DNA from: Candidatus Aminicenantales bacterium
Lineage (GTDB): Bacteria; Acidobacteriota; Aminicenantia; Aminicenantales; Saccharicenantaceae
Assembly (NCBI GenBank): GCA_050015275.1
Contig: JBEKBS010000012.1
Location: 34,786 to 98,785 of the forward strand
Direction: 5' to 3'
DNA length: 64,000 nt
Of this stretch, positions 1-10,449 are shown one piece after another. The notes under the pieces were generated by a model that saw only the letters and a list, made by a program, of their open reading frames with translations, searched no databases and was not told the DNA's origin. The position numbers were made by a program, and so were the translations under genes. Each line of letters starts with the position of its first letter. The first letter of the stretch is position 1.

Positions 1-1
1 C

Positions 2-289
2 CTCATGATCCTCACGGCGGTCACGATCGTCCTGGGGATGAAGGTGGCGGGCATCCTTCTCGTGGCGGCCCTCATTGTCATCCCTGCGGCGGCGGGCCTT
101 CAGCTGGCCTCGAACTTCCGGATGGCGGTCATTATCTCGGCTGGCGTCGCGGTGTTGTCCGTGGTCGCCGGCCTGGCCGTCGCCCTCGAACTTGACATCC
201 CGGCCTCGGCGGCCATCGTCATCCTCTGTTTTATCGTCTTCGCGGCTTTCTCTTTGGTCAAGAAAAGAACGTTCTTTCACGGCCGGTAA
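2..289 (+). CDS. ABC-3 family metal (Zn/Mn-type) ABC transporter permease, C-terminal fragment (5' end outside window)
   Basis: The ORF is open to the window edge. It is wholly hydrophobic TM helices, and LVAALIVIPAAAGLQLA resembles the conserved ZnuB/MntB-type permease segment. Only 94 aa are visible. Confidence 0.5.
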   Translation, partial: LMILTAVTIVLGMKVAGILLVAALIVIPAAAGLQLASNFRMAVIISAGVAVLSVVAGLAVALELDIPASAAIVILCFIVFAAFSLVKKRTFFHGR

Positions 290-322
290 ACGGACCGGTC
301 CGCTGCCGCCCGGAAGGCGGGG

Positions 323-2005
323 TCAGGCCTTCGGGCTTTCGAGCTCCCGCTCGATGACCTTCCTGATCACGCGGCCCGCGCGGTCCATCTCCGTTTTCAG
401 TCTGTCGGCCTGCCTCCGGACCCGGGCCTTGAACTTTTCGTCACGGATGGTCGGAAGGTTGATCAGGATGTTGAGGTAGGCCCCCTCTCCGGCCGCGGCC
501 GCGGTCAGGCCGCCCACACCGGCATCGCTGAGGGAGCTCTTGTAGCCTTTCGAGGCCGCCACACTGGCCAGGCGGACGGCCTCCACGCACCTTTCCAGGA
601 CTTCCAGGGGGACCAGGGTCGCTTCCTTGGTGGCTTCTTCGAGGGCCTTTTCTTTTTCCTGAGCCTGCTCCGGCGTTATTTTCGGGAGGCGGAGGGCTTC
701 CATGACCTTGTTGAACGCCCGGGAGTCCCTGTCCACAGCCCTGAGGAGGTCGTCCTTGACGGCCTGGGCCCGGACCGCGGTGGATCTCATCTCGGCCTCG
801 GCTCCCTCGTATCCTTTCTTGCCCACCGTCAGATTAGAAACCATCGAGGACAGGGCCGCCGAAAGCGCCCCGCACAGGGCGGCGACGCTTCCGCCGCCGG
901 GGGTCGGTGAATCCATGGAGAGATCGTCGACGAATTCCCGGAGGCTCATGGAGACGAGTTGACGGCCGGGATCCTTGAATTGGTTCTCGATGATCTTCTT
1001 GTCCGGGTCGAACGGGGCCACGTCGCTGAGCCCCAGCGAGATGACGGCGGTCCGGACGAGCTCCTCTTCTGGGACCCCGGGGCTCTTGCCCTGCTTTTCA
1101 AGATAGTGGCGCCCGGCCATAAGGAGGGCTTCTTTCGGGATGAGGCCGACCAATTCGCTGCCCGTCACCCGGAGGCCCAGCTTCGCCGCCAGCCTCGAAG
1201 CCTCGTCAAAGACCAGGTGGGGCGGGGAGATCCTGTAATTCGTGAAATTGACCGAGATCTGGGCCCGGCCATAATCCTCGATGTACCAGCCGACGGCCTT
1301 GACCTCCTTGAACCTGCCCGGGATCTTGACCGTTTTTCCTTTGGCATCCTTGACGATTTCGCCGTTCCTATCCCTCTTGGCCCGGCCGCTCTCCCGCAAG
1401 CTCAGGGCGATCTCGTTGGCCAGCTTCCGGTCTCGGGTGTTCAGGTTGATATTGTAGGCGATGAGGAATTCCCTCGCCCCGATCACGGTCGCCCCGGACT
1501 TGGCGTTGAACACCGGGGCGCCGTAGTCGGGGGCCCAGGCCGGGTCGTTCAGTTTTTCGGGCAGGCCTTCGTATTCGCCGGCCCTGACCGTGGCCAGATT
1601 CCTCCGTTCAGGCTTGCTGGCGGCCGCTTCGTAGAGATAGACCGGGATGCCGAGCTCTTGGGCCACGCGGGCGCCCAGCTCCTGGGCCAGGCGGACGCAA
1701 TCCTCCATGGTCACGCCGGAAACCGGGACGAAGGGACAGACATCGGTCGCCCCAATCCGGCTGTGGGCCCCCTTGTGGGCTCTCATGTCGATGACCCCCG
1801 CGGCCTTGGCGATGGCCCGGAAAGCCGCTTCCCGGACGGCCTCCGGAGGCCCGATAAAAGTGACGACCGTCCGGTTGGTGGATTCGCCGGGGTCCACGTC
1901 CAGGAGGCGGACCTCCGGGACGGCTTCGATCTCGCGGACGATGGCCTGGACCTTTTCCCTGTCACGGCCTTCGCTGAAATTCGGGACGCATTCGACAAGC
2001 TTCAT
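323..2005 (-). CDS. glutamate formimidoyltransferase / formimidoyl-THF cyclodeaminase (bifunctional FTCD-like)
   Basis: 560 aa. The N-terminus MKLVECVPNFSEGRD is the formiminotransferase signature. The helical C-terminal ~200 aa is cyclodeaminase-like. ATG at 2005 verified. Confidence 0.8.
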   Translation of the reverse strand: MKLVECVPNFSEGRDREKVQAIVREIEAVPEVRLLDVDPGESTNRTVVTFIGPPEAVREAAFRAIAKAAGVIDMRAHKGAHSRIGATDVCPFVPVSGVTMEDCVRLAQELGARVAQELGIPVYLYEAAASKPERRNLATVRAGEYEGLPEKLNDPAWAPDYGAPVFNAKSGATVIGAREFLIAYNINLNTRDRKLANEIALSLRESGRAKRDRNGEIVKDAKGKTVKIPGRFKEVKAVGWYIEDYGRAQISVNFTNYRISPPHLVFDEASRLAAKLGLRVTGSELVGLIPKEALLMAGRHYLEKQGKSPGVPEEELVRTAVISLGLSDVAPFDPDKKIIENQFKDPGRQLVSMSLREFVDDLSMDSPTPGGGSVAALCGALSAALSSMVSNLTVGKKGYEGAEAEMRSTAVRAQAVKDDLLRAVDRDSRAFNKVMEALRLPKITPEQAQEKEKALEEATKEATLVPLEVLERCVEAVRLASVAASKGYKSSLSDAGVGGLTAAAAGEGAYLNILINLPTIRDEKFKARVRRQADRLKTEMDRAGRVIRKVIERELESPKA

Positions 2006-3477
2006 TTATCCACTCCTTGGCGAAGGATCTTTCGGAAAGCGCCCGTGCTGTCATAGATCTCGACGGAATCGAAATCCTTGAGAGCCGCAGCGGCCCATTC
2101 CATTTTCCCGACGATGACGACGACGGGGGTCATGGGGAGGTACTTTTGGGCGGCTTCGATGACCTTCTCCGCGTTGACCAGCATGAGGTTGTCCGAAGCC
2201 CGGGTCCAGTGGCCGGCATCCAACCCCAGGGCCGCGACCCAGGCCAGACGCTCGGCATAGCGGTCCGGCGCCTCGAACTTCAGGGGGAGCTGGCCGATGA
2301 GGAACGATTTGGCCTCTTCGATCTCGACGGGCGCGGCCTTCTCCGATGAGAAGGCCTTGAATTCCTTGATGATCTCCTGGACGGCGGCAGGGATCGTTTC
2401 GGGCGTGACCCTGGCCTTGGCCCAAAAAACCCCGCAAGTCCGGAAGAATTCCGCCTCGCTGAAGGCAGCATAGGCGAGCCCCTTCGATTCCCTGAGTTTC
2501 ATGAAAAGACGGCTGTTCATCGTTCCGCCGAGGACCTGGTTCAGGACAAGGAACGGATAATAGTCCGGACTTGTCGGCGGCATGACCAGGTTCCCCACGA
2601 AGACCACGGCGTCTTCGGAGCCCGGGTGGTCGATGAAACAAACCCTCTCTTTGGGATTGGGCGTCGGGGCGGGAGGAGCGGCGGGCCTGTCGATCACCCG
2701 GGGGGCCCAGGCCGCGAATCTTTGGCCGATCTTCCTGGCGATCGCGGTCGGGTCGACGTCTCCGGAGACAACGAAGACCGCATTGTTCGGAGCGTAGAAC
2801 CTGCTGTAAAAGGCATGGGCGTCCTTCAAGGTGACATACTTGAGCACATCCTCGCCCCAAGTCGCCGTCATGTAGGGGTTGTTCTGGAAAAGGATCCGCT
2901 GGAGGAGGCGGTGCCCCACGAATTCCGGGTTTTTCCTGCGGTCTTGGAGCTCGTAGAAAAAAACCCGCCGGATGGACGTGAACTCCAGCTCCCCGAATTC
3001 CGGCTCCAGGACCATCAGCCTCAGGATCTCCACGGCCCTATCCAGATACTCCGAAAGGACCTGGAGGGTCAGAACGGTATAATCCATGGAGACCGTCACG
3101 GAGAAATCGCCGCCGATGGACTCGACGACGTTCTCCACGTCATTGCCTGACATTTCTTTCGTGCCGGCGCCGATCATCCGGGCCGCGAGCGTCGCTGCGT
3201 AAGGAAGGTCGGGGGGCGAGTCGCTTTCGCCGGCCCGGATCACGACTTGAAGCGTAAGGAGGGGAGAGCCGGGCAGGGGAGTGACGGCCACGGTCAGGCC
3301 GTTGTCCATCGGGATCGATCGGATCTCGGGGAGCTTGAGCTCCCGGAAGGAGTCGGGGATCGGCGGCGTCCTCCGGAACCGTCCCTGGGCGGCGGCGGGG
3401 ACCGTCAGGCTTCCCGCCAACGCGCCCGCCAGCGCAACGGTTATCACCAGAGGGAAAGACCGGGACGATGGCCTCAT
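2002..3477 (-). CDS. M16 (pitrilysin/insulinase) family peptidase homologue, secreted, lacks HxxEH
   Basis: 491 aa with a signal peptide (VITVALAGALAG..PAAAQ) and M16 N- and C-domain-like sequence. The position of the zinc motif reads YAATLAARMIGAGT. It overlaps both neighbouring genes by 4 nt. Confidence 0.7.
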   Translation of the reverse strand: MRPSSRSFPLVITVALAGALAGSLTVPAAAQGRFRRTPPIPDSFRELKLPEIRSIPMDNGLTVAVTPLPGSPLLTLQVVIRAGESDSPPDLPYAATLAARMIGAGTKEMSGNDVENVVESIGGDFSVTVSMDYTVLTLQVLSEYLDRAVEILRLMVLEPEFGELEFTSIRRVFFYELQDRRKNPEFVGHRLLQRILFQNNPYMTATWGEDVLKYVTLKDAHAFYSRFYAPNNAVFVVSGDVDPTAIARKIGQRFAAWAPRVIDRPAAPPAPTPNPKERVCFIDHPGSEDAVVFVGNLVMPPTSPDYYPFLVLNQVLGGTMNSRLFMKLRESKGLAYAAFSEAEFFRTCGVFWAKARVTPETIPAAVQEIIKEFKAFSSEKAAPVEIEEAKSFLIGQLPLKFEAPDRYAERLAWVAALGLDAGHWTRASDNLMLVNAEKVIEAAQKYLPMTPVVVIVGKMEWAAAALKDFDSVEIYDSTGAFRKILRQGVDK

Positions 3478-4814
3478 CTGATCCTGATGTTCAGAACGAC
3501 TTTATTGGCCGGGACGAATAGCCTATTCGCCAGCAGGTTCAGGCTTTGGGAGCTGACCTTCATGTACTTATCGAGTTCGGACGGGATAGCCTTAAGGGGG
3601 ATGTCGGCGAAAGCGACATCGACGAGATAAAGGGCCCTGTCCAGGCCTGTCGAGAGCCTCCGGAGGTAATCCAATTTGAAAAGTCGCCTGGCTTTGTTGA
3701 GCTCATCCTCGGAGACGACTCCGACCTTGAGCTTCTCGAACTCCGAGAGCACCGCCTTCTGACAGCGCTCAGCCAGGACGTCGGTGGTGTTGAGGGCGAA
3801 GGCCTTCAGGGCCAGAACCCCCCGGCGCTCTTCCAGTCCTCCGTAGAAGTCATAGGCCGTCAGGTCCTTTTTCATGATGCGCGTGTACAGCCGGGACGTC
3901 CGGCCGCGGAACAGCAGGTACTCGAGGATCTTCAGCGTGTAGACGTCGCCTGTCTGGGGCGGGAAAAGCCGGTAGCCGAGGTGGAATCCCGGCGACGGAA
4001 GGGAGGAATCATGCATCGTCCGGACGACTTCCCGGCGCTGCTCGAAATTCGGCCGGGGAGGAGGGGAAACCGCGCTTCCGGGGGGGATCGGGTCGAAATA
4101 CCTGGCAACGAGTTCCTTTGTCCGGGCGATCTGGATATCCCCGACGATCGCGAGCACGGCGTTATTGGGGATATAATAGCCGGCGTAGAAGGCCTTGATG
4201 TCGGCCTCGGTCAGGCTCTCAAGATCTCCGCCGGTGCCGATCAACGGATGGCCGTAGGGAAAGTCAGGATAGAGGGACGCGTCGAAAACTGAATAGCTCT
4301 CGAGATAGGGTTCCGTGGCCAGCCGCCGTCGATGTTCGGCGAGGAGCTCCGCCCGCCTCTTCTCGAGGCTTCTCCCCGTGATCTGGAGCGATCTCATCCG
4401 GTCGGATTCAAGCCAGAGAGCCAGGGCAAGTTCGTTCGAGGGGAGTGTTTGATAATACAGGGCTTTGTCGAGAGTCGTCTCGGCGTTGACGATCCCCCCG
4501 GTCCTTTGGATGAATCTGAGGTGCTGGAGGGGGCCGATATTCTCGGACCCCTGGAACATCAGGTTCTCCATGAAATAAGCTAGGCCGACCTGTCCCTGTT
4601 GTTCCCTGATCGAGCCCGCCCCGTAGGCCATGACAACGGACACGAGGGGAAGGGTCTCGTCCGTGGACAGGATGACCCGCAGGCCGTTGTTCAGCCGGTA
4701 CTCTTCGACCGCGAATCTCCAACCGGACGGGACGGCCTCCAGCGGCCGGGCGGACAGTGGCCCGGCCGGGAGGAGCAGGATCGCAATCAGCACGAAGGTG
4801 GTTTTTTTGCTCAT
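3474..4814 (-). CDS. M16 family peptidase homologue, secreted, degenerate zinc motif (YFMEN instead of HxxEH)
   Basis: I place the start at ATG 4814 (MSKKTTFVLIAILLLPAG signal peptide, GAGAGG upstream). GLAYFMENLMFQGSE aligns to the M16 G-x-A-H-x-x-E-H-x-x-F-x-G block with both His residues replaced. Confidence 0.7.
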   Translation of the reverse strand: MSKKTTFVLIAILLLPAGPLSARPLEAVPSGWRFAVEEYRLNNGLRVILSTDETLPLVSVVMAYGAGSIREQQGQVGLAYFMENLMFQGSENIGPLQHLRFIQRTGGIVNAETTLDKALYYQTLPSNELALALWLESDRMRSLQITGRSLEKRRAELLAEHRRRLATEPYLESYSVFDASLYPDFPYGHPLIGTGGDLESLTEADIKAFYAGYYIPNNAVLAIVGDIQIARTKELVARYFDPIPPGSAVSPPPRPNFEQRREVVRTMHDSSLPSPGFHLGYRLFPPQTGDVYTLKILEYLLFRGRTSRLYTRIMKKDLTAYDFYGGLEERRGVLALKAFALNTTDVLAERCQKAVLSEFEKLKVGVVSEDELNKARRLFKLDYLRRLSTGLDRALYLVDVAFADIPLKAIPSELDKYMKVSSQSLNLLANRLFVPANKVVLNIRIR

Positions 4815-4893
4815 GCCTCTCTTTAGGGCCGGCGGGCCGGAAGACAAACAACAATAACACAAACAAAAACGAAATATCAAATCAGGGGGCGGA

Positions 4894-4922
4894 TTGAAAA
4901 GGTTTCAGGATTGTGCTATTTA
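4894..4922 (+). promoter_or_regulatory. candidate sigma70-type promoter of metK (TTGAAA-N17-TATTTA)
   Basis: TTGAAA at 4894-4899, an exact 17-nt spacer, then TATTTA at 4917-4922. It lies about 40 nt upstream of the metK ATG, and a GGAGGG Shine-Dalgarno sits at 4951-4956. Confidence 0.4.
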
Positions 4923-4961
4923 TGGGCTGCCCGAGAGGGCAATTCGCACGGAGGGTCGCTG

Positions 4962-6137
4962 ATGAGTCAAGGCGGCAAGCACCTGTTCTCGTCTGAATCC
5001 GTGACCGAAGGTCACCCGGACAAGGTCTGCGACCAGATCTCGGACGCCATCCTGGACGACCTCGTCCGGCAGGACCCCCGGAGCCGGGTGGCCTGCGAGA
5101 CCCTGACCACGACCGGGCTCGTCCTGATCGCGGGAGAGATCACGACGCTGGGCTACTGCGATTTCCAGAAAGTCGTCCGGAACAAGGTCCGGGAGATCGG
5201 CTACACGAGGGCGGATTACGGGTTCGACTACAAGACCTGTTGCGTCCTTTCCTCCATCCACGAGCAGTCGACCGACATCGCCCTGGGCGTCGATGACAAA
5301 CCCGACCACGAACAGGGAGCCGGCGACCAGGGCATCATGTTCGGCTTTGCCTGCCGGGAGACGCCCGAGCTCATGCCCCTGCCCATCATGCTGGCCCACA
5401 AGATGGCCCGCCGGCTGGCTGATGTCCGCAGGAACAAGCTCCTGCCTTACCTCAGGCCCGACGGCAAGACCCAGGTGACGGTCGAATACGACGGCACGAA
5501 ACCCGTCAGGGTGGAAGCCGTGATCCTCGCCGCCCAGCACAACGCGGCGGTGGACATCGAGGATCTCCGCAGGGACCTTCGCGAAGCCGTCATCCGCGAG
5601 GTCATCCCGGAAGGGCTCGTGGACAAGAGGTCGTGGAAGAACGTCTTCATCAACGGGACCGGCCGTTTCGAGCAGGGCGGCCCTTTCGCCGACACCGGGA
5701 TCACCGGACGGAAGATCATCGTCGACACATACGGCGGCGTCGGCAGCCACGGAGGCGGCTGTTTCTCGGGCAAGGACCCGTCCAAGGTCGACCGCTCCGG
5801 CTCCTACATGGCCCGGTACGTCGCGAAGAACATCGTGGCCGCCGGCATCGCGGACCGGCTGGAGATCCAGATCGCCTACTGCATCGGCATCCCGGAGCCT
5901 GTCTCGATCATGGTGGACTCGTTCGGGACGGCCAAGATCCCGGAGGACACCATCAAGGACCTGATCCGGGCCCATTTTCCGCTGACGCCCAAGGGGATGA
6001 TCCGGCACCTCGATCTTCTCCGGCCGATCTTCCAGAAGACCGCCGCCTACGGTCATTTTGGCCGGACGGAAGAGGAATTCACCTGGGAGAGGATCGACAA
6101 GGCCCACACCCTCCGGAAAGAGGCCGGGCTATCCTGA
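4962..6137 (+). CDS. metK: S-adenosylmethionine synthetase
   Basis: Motifs [28 protein letters not shown] and [19 protein letters not shown] at 4962 verified with an upstream SD. Confidence 0.95.
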   Translation: MSQGGKHLFSSESVTEGHPDKVCDQISDAILDDLVRQDPRSRVACETLTTTGLVLIAGEITTLGYCDFQKVVRNKVREIGYTRADYGFDYKTCCVLSSIHEQSTDIALGVDDKPDHEQGAGDQGIMFGFACRETPELMPLPIMLAHKMARRLADVRRNKLLPYLRPDGKTQVTVEYDGTKPVRVEAVILAAQHNAAVDIEDLRRDLREAVIREVIPEGLVDKRSWKNVFINGTGRFEQGGPFADTGITGRKIIVDTYGGVGSHGGGCFSGKDPSKVDRSGSYMARYVAKNIVAAGIADRLEIQIAYCIGIPEPVSIMVDSFGTAKIPEDTIKDLIRAHFPLTPKGMIRHLDLLRPIFQKTAAYGHFGRTEEEFTWERIDKAHTLRKEAGLS

Positions 6138-6201
6138 AGGCCGTCACCGGCTGGCCTCGGCGGGACCTTTCGACCACGAAATTCGCAAGGAGAACCAGAA
6201 C

Positions 6202-7458
6202 ATGGACTACGATGTGAAAGACCTGACGTTGGCTGCAAAGGGCCGGCTCCGGATGGAATGGGCGGAACGCTCCATGCCGGTCCTCCGCTTGATCAAAAAA
6301 AACTTCGCCAAGGACAAGCCCCTGCGGGGGATCCGCATCTCGGCCTGTCTCCACGTCACGAGCGAGACGGCCAACCTCATGGAGGCCCTGAAGCTCGGAG
6401 GTGCCGACGTCCGTCTCTGCGCGTCGAACCCGCTCAGCACTCAGGATGACATCCCGGCCGCCCTCGTGAAATACCACAAGATCCCGGTCTTCGCCCGCAA
6501 AGGGGAGGACCACAAGACCTACTACCGCCACATCCTCCAGGCCCTCGACCACGGCCCGACCCTGACCATGGATGACGGCGCGGACCTCGTCTCGACGACC
6601 CATTCGCGGCGCAAGGACCTTCTGCCGGGGATCCTGGGCGGGACCGAAGAGACGACGACCGGCGTCATCCGCCTCAAGAGCATGGCCAAAGCCAAGGTCC
6701 TCCGCTATCCCATCATCGCCGTCAACGATGCCCAGACCAAGCATCTGTTCGACAACCGCTACGGGACGGGCCAGAGCACGCTCGACGGGATTCTCCGGGC
6801 CACCAACGTCCTCTTCGCCGGCCTGACCTTCGTGGTGGCCGGCTACGGGATGTGCGGCAAGGGGGTCGCGATGAGGGCCCGGGGGGCCGGCTCCCGCGTC
6901 ATCGTCACAGAGGTCAACCCGATCCGGGCCATCGAGGCCGTGATGGATGGCTTCGAGGTCATGCCGATGGCAGAGGCCGCGAACCTCGGCGATATCTTCC
7001 TGACCGTCACCGGCAACAAGTCGGTCGTCCGGCGCGAGCACTTCCTCCGCATGAAGGACGGGGCCATCGTCGCCAACGCCGGCCATTTCAACGTCGAGGT
7101 CGACATCCCGTCCCTCGAAAGTCTGGCGAGATCGAAGAGACGCATCCGTGATTCTGTCGACGAATACAAGCTCCGGGACGGGCGCAGGATCCACCTTCTT
7201 GGAGAGGGACGGCTGATCAACCTCGCCGCGGCTGAGGGACACCCGGCCATGGTTATGGACATGAGCTTCGCCAACCAGGCCCAGAGCGCGCTTTATCTGG
7301 CCGGGCACAGCCGGGAACTTGAGAACAGGGTCTATCCCGTGCCCGTCGAGATCGACGAGAAGATCGCGGCCCTCAAGTTGAGGTCCATGGGCTCGGCCGT
7401 CGACAGGCTGACGCCGGCCCAGAAAAAGTACTTGGCCGACTGGAAAGAAGGGACCTGA
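6202..7458 (+). CDS. ahcY: adenosylhomocysteinase
   Basis: Start [22 protein letters not shown] at ATG 6202. Motifs [14 protein letters not shown] and the NAD-binding [10 protein letters not shown]. Confidence 0.95.
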   Translation: MDYDVKDLTLAAKGRLRMEWAERSMPVLRLIKKNFAKDKPLRGIRISACLHVTSETANLMEALKLGGADVRLCASNPLSTQDDIPAALVKYHKIPVFARKGEDHKTYYRHILQALDHGPTLTMDDGADLVSTTHSRRKDLLPGILGGTEETTTGVIRLKSMAKAKVLRYPIIAVNDAQTKHLFDNRYGTGQSTLDGILRATNVLFAGLTFVVAGYGMCGKGVAMRARGAGSRVIVTEVNPIRAIEAVMDGFEVMPMAEAANLGDIFLTVTGNKSVVRREHFLRMKDGAIVANAGHFNVEVDIPSLESLARSKRRIRDSVDEYKLRDGRRIHLLGEGRLINLAAAEGHPAMVMDMSFANQAQSALYLAGHSRELENRVYPVPVEIDEKIAALKLRSMGSAVDRLTPAQKKYLADWKEGT

Positions 7459-7474
7459 CGGACCGAGGAGTCCC

Positions 7475-8269
7475 TCAGGGATTCGGGGACTTCTTGTCCC
7501 CGATAACTTTCAGGAACTGGTCGAGCCTGGCTTTCATGGCCGGGTTGGTGACCCTGGGGGAGATCTTCAGAAAGATCTCTTTCGCCTTGGCCGTCTCGCC
7601 GGTTGCCAGATAGGCAGCGCCCAGGTTGAAGCTGAATTGGAGGTCGTCGGGGACGAGCTTGACCGCCCGCTCATAAGCCGACACGGCGTCTTCCATTTTA
7701 TTCTGCTTCTCGAGGATCATCCCCATCAGGTTGTGAGCCATGGCCAGACGGGGCTTGATCTGGAGGGCCTTCTGCACGCTCTCGTAGGCCAGGTCGAGAC
7801 GGTCCTGAAGGACATACAACCGGGCAAGGTTATAGTACGGGAGCTCGCGGGTGGGGTAGGCCATGTCGAGGAGGGCCTTCTGGAACTCGGCTTCGGCCTT
7901 GGGCAGCTGGTTCATCTCCTGGTAGATCGCGCCCAGGTTGTTGTGGGCCTCCGTGAACTCGGGATGGATCTCCAGGCACTTCTCGTACGCCTTGGCGGAC
8001 TCCGCGAGGTTGCCCTTCAGGGACTGGGCCAGGCCGATGGCGTTCCAAGCCAGGTAATAGCGGGTGTCGAGGGTCAGGGCCTTAACGAAACATTTGAGGG
8101 CTTCGTCGATGTTCTTAGGATCGAGGTAGCTCTGGTTGAGGTAGACAAGCCCGAGGTTGTACTGGTACTTTGGGTCCTTGGCCCTGGATTGCTGCAATTT
8201 CTGCTGGGAAGTCGCGCAGAATGCCAAGGTCGAGGATAAGAAAAGGACAAGGACGCTCTTGGCTCTCAT
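7475..8269 (-). CDS. TPR-repeat protein with N-terminal signal peptide
   Basis: 264 aa with a hydrophobic leader (MRAKSVLVLFLSSTLAFCA). It has repeated 34-aa A/Y/L-patterned TPR units (AWNAIGLA.., AHNNLGAIY.., AMAHNLMGMIL..). Confidence 0.75.
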   Translation of the reverse strand: MRAKSVLVLFLSSTLAFCATSQQKLQQSRAKDPKYQYNLGLVYLNQSYLDPKNIDEALKCFVKALTLDTRYYLAWNAIGLAQSLKGNLAESAKAYEKCLEIHPEFTEAHNNLGAIYQEMNQLPKAEAEFQKALLDMAYPTRELPYYNLARLYVLQDRLDLAYESVQKALQIKPRLAMAHNLMGMILEKQNKMEDAVSAYERAVKLVPDDLQFSFNLGAAYLATGETAKAKEIFLKISPRVTNPAMKARLDQFLKVIGDKKSPNP

Positions 8270-8315
8270 GGCATATCTCCTTTGGCCGGAGCGAAGGCCC
8301 GCTCCCGGTCCCGTT

Positions 8316-9311
8316 TTATTCCTCCCTCAAAGCCCGGGACATGAGGTCCTGAAGGGCTTTGCGGGGGGGCTTGTTCCGATAGAGGACTTGATAGATCTGC
8401 TGCGTGATGGGCATTTCGACGCCTTGGACCCGGGCCAGACGGCGGGCCGAGTTCGTCGTATGGACGCCTTCGGCGATCATTTTCATCCGCGACAGGATGG
8501 CCTCCAGGGACCTTCCCTTGCCCAGCTGATATCCGACATAATGGTTGCGGCTCAGCTCTCCCGTGCAGGTCAGGACGAGGTCCCCGATCCCCGCCAGCCC
8601 CGAAAACGTCTTCTTCTGGGCACCGAGCGCGAGGCCGAGATTCGTGATCTCGACGAGACCCCGGGTGATGAGCGCGGCCCGCGAGTTCAGGCCGAAATCC
8701 ATGGCGTCGACGATACCCGCGGCGATGGCGATGACATTCTTGAGGGCTCCCGCAATCTCGACGCCGGTCACGTCCGGGCTCGTGTAGACCCGGATCTTCA
8801 GGCTGGAGATGAGGTGCTGCACGGTCCTGGCCGTGGCGGGATCCCGTGAGGCCACGACGAGGGCCGTCGGATGCCCCGCCGCCACGTCCCGGGCGAAGCT
8901 TGGACCCGACAGGACAGCCAGGTGGGGCCGGGCGTGAGGCCGGAAGACTTCTTCCATCACCTGGCTCATCCGCTTGAGCGACTTCTGGTCGATCCCCTTG
9001 GTCAGGCTGACGACGATCTGGCCGTCCTCAAGGAACGGGGCGATCCTGGCATATACGGAGCGGCAGAACTGGGAAGGAACGGCGATGAAGAGGATGTCTC
9101 CGAAGAGGACGGTCTCCTTGATGTTGGTGGAAAAAGTCACGGGCCCGGGAAAAGCGAATCCGGGCAGGAATGTCCGGTTTTCACGGGTCTCGATGAGCTC
9201 CCTGTGGATATCCTCCTCCCGGACCCAGAGACGGGTCGGGATCTTGATCTGGCCGAGGTAGCGGGCGAAGGCAGAGCCCCAGCTGCCGCCACCGATGACG
9301 GCGGTTTTCAT
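8316..9311 (-). CDS. gpsA: NAD(P)H-dependent glycerol-3-phosphate dehydrogenase
   Basis: The N-terminal VIGGGSWGSAFA Rossmann motif and full-length similarity to GpsA. It overlaps plsY by 4 nt. Confidence 0.9.
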   Translation of the reverse strand: MKTAVIGGGSWGSAFARYLGQIKIPTRLWVREEDIHRELIETRENRTFLPGFAFPGPVTFSTNIKETVLFGDILFIAVPSQFCRSVYARIAPFLEDGQIVVSLTKGIDQKSLKRMSQVMEEVFRPHARPHLAVLSGPSFARDVAAGHPTALVVASRDPATARTVQHLISSLKIRVYTSPDVTGVEIAGALKNVIAIAAGIVDAMDFGLNSRAALITRGLVEITNLGLALGAQKKTFSGLAGIGDLVLTCTGELSRNHYVGYQLGKGRSLEAILSRMKMIAEGVHTTNSARRLARVQGVEMPITQQIYQVLYRNKPPRKALQDLMSRALREE

Positions 9312-9898
9312 GGAGCTTTTTCTCCTAGCTTCCTCTCTGTCCCGCCGGCGAGCCGCCCGATGTTATCCCTGTGCTTGAAGAGGACGAGGGCGGCGATCGC
9401 CAGGCTCCAGATGAAGGCGGCCTGCGAGCCGTGGAGAAGGAGCAGGAAAAAGGGGAACGAGACCGCGGCCAGGATCGATCCGAGCGAGACGAAACGGGAA
9501 ACTGCTACGGTCACGACAAAGAGGGCCAGGCTGGCGAAAAAAGGCGGCCAGGCCAGAGCGGCGTATACCCCCATGGACGTGGCCATACCCTTTCCACCCC
9601 TGAAGCCGATCGAGAAGGGGAAACAGTGCCCGAACACGGCCAGGAAGCCGCAGAGAGCGGCCAAGACGGGGTCCTGGAAGATCCTGATCGCGAAGAAAAC
9701 CGGAAGAAAGCCCTTGGCGACGTCGACGGCCGCGACGGGGAGGGCATATTTCAGTCCCTTGACCCGGAGGACGTTCGTAGCCCCCGTGCTCTGACTGCCG
9801 AGCCGGCGGATGTCGTTCCGGTCCGCCGCCCGGACAAGGAGATAGCCCGTGGGGATCGATCCCAGCAGATAAGAGGCGACCGCGAAGAGGACCTTCAT
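9308..9898 (-). CDS. plsY: acyl-phosphate:glycerol-3-phosphate acyltransferase
   Basis: 196 aa polytopic membrane protein with GSIPTGYLL and GSQSTGATNVLR motifs typical of PlsY. Confidence 0.9.
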   Translation of the reverse strand: MKVLFAVASYLLGSIPTGYLLVRAADRNDIRRLGSQSTGATNVLRVKGLKYALPVAAVDVAKGFLPVFFAIRIFQDPVLAALCGFLAVFGHCFPFSIGFRGGKGMATSMGVYAALAWPPFFASLALFVVTVAVSRFVSLGSILAAVSFPFFLLLLHGSQAAFIWSLAIAALVLFKHRDNIGRLAGGTERKLGEKAP

Positions 9899-10449
9899 GT
9901 GAATTCAAACCCGGAAATCGCCCTGTATTCGGCGCCCTGGGGCTTGAGGACGCTCTCAAAGAGCGTGAGCCTGCGGGCCGTCATTTCTCCGAATAAGGCC
10001 CCCCGATATTTCTCGAGCTCGAGGAGGGCTTCCCGGATGCCGGACGGGCTTTTGACCCGGCCGAAAGTCAGGTGGGGATGGAACGCCCGCTCTTCCCGGG
10101 GAAAGCCCTCCCGCTCAAGGCCGTCCTCGACCGCCATCTGGAGGGCGATAAGCGCGGGCTCCTCTTTGAACCCGGCCCAAATGATCCGGGGACTCTTGCC
10201 CTCCGGAAAAGTTCCCGTCCCTTGGAGGACAAGCGGAAAGCTCGAGCTCGCGCCCGCCGCCCCTCTCAAAACGCCCTCGATGGCGGGGACCCGGTCTTCC
10301 CCGACTTCACCGAGGAACTTCAAGGTCAGGTGCATCCCCTGGGAACCGACCCAGCGGACGTCCGCCCCCGTTCTCTTGAGCTTCAGGATGAGGTCCTGGA
10401 GCGAACGCTTGATCTCGGGGTCGAGGTCGATGGCGGCGAACGTCCTCAT
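9895..10449 (-). CDS. thpR: RNA 2',3'-cyclic phosphodiesterase (2H phosphoesterase, LigT/ThpR)
   Basis: 184 aa with two HxT/S motifs (HLTLKFLG and HPHLTFGRV). Confidence 0.85.
   Translation of the reverse strand: MRTFAAIDLDPEIKRSLQDLILKLKRTGADVRWVGSQGMHLTLKFLGEVGEDRVPAIEGVLRGAAGASSSFPLVLQGTGTFPEGKSPRIIWAGFKEEPALIALQMAVEDGLEREGFPREERAFHPHLTFGRVKSPSGIREALLELEKYRGALFGEMTARRLTLFESVLKPQGAEYRAISGFEFT

Noticed and set aside
4815-6201. SAM riboswitch upstream of metK, or SAH riboswitch upstream of ahcY.
   Set aside because: The predicted metK promoter leaves only a ~32-nt leader, and the metK-ahcY spacer is 64 nt. Both are too short for the known SAM-I or SAH folds, and I saw none of their conserved cores. 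Only a small GNRA-capped hairpin (TGCCC-GAGA-GGGCA) is present.
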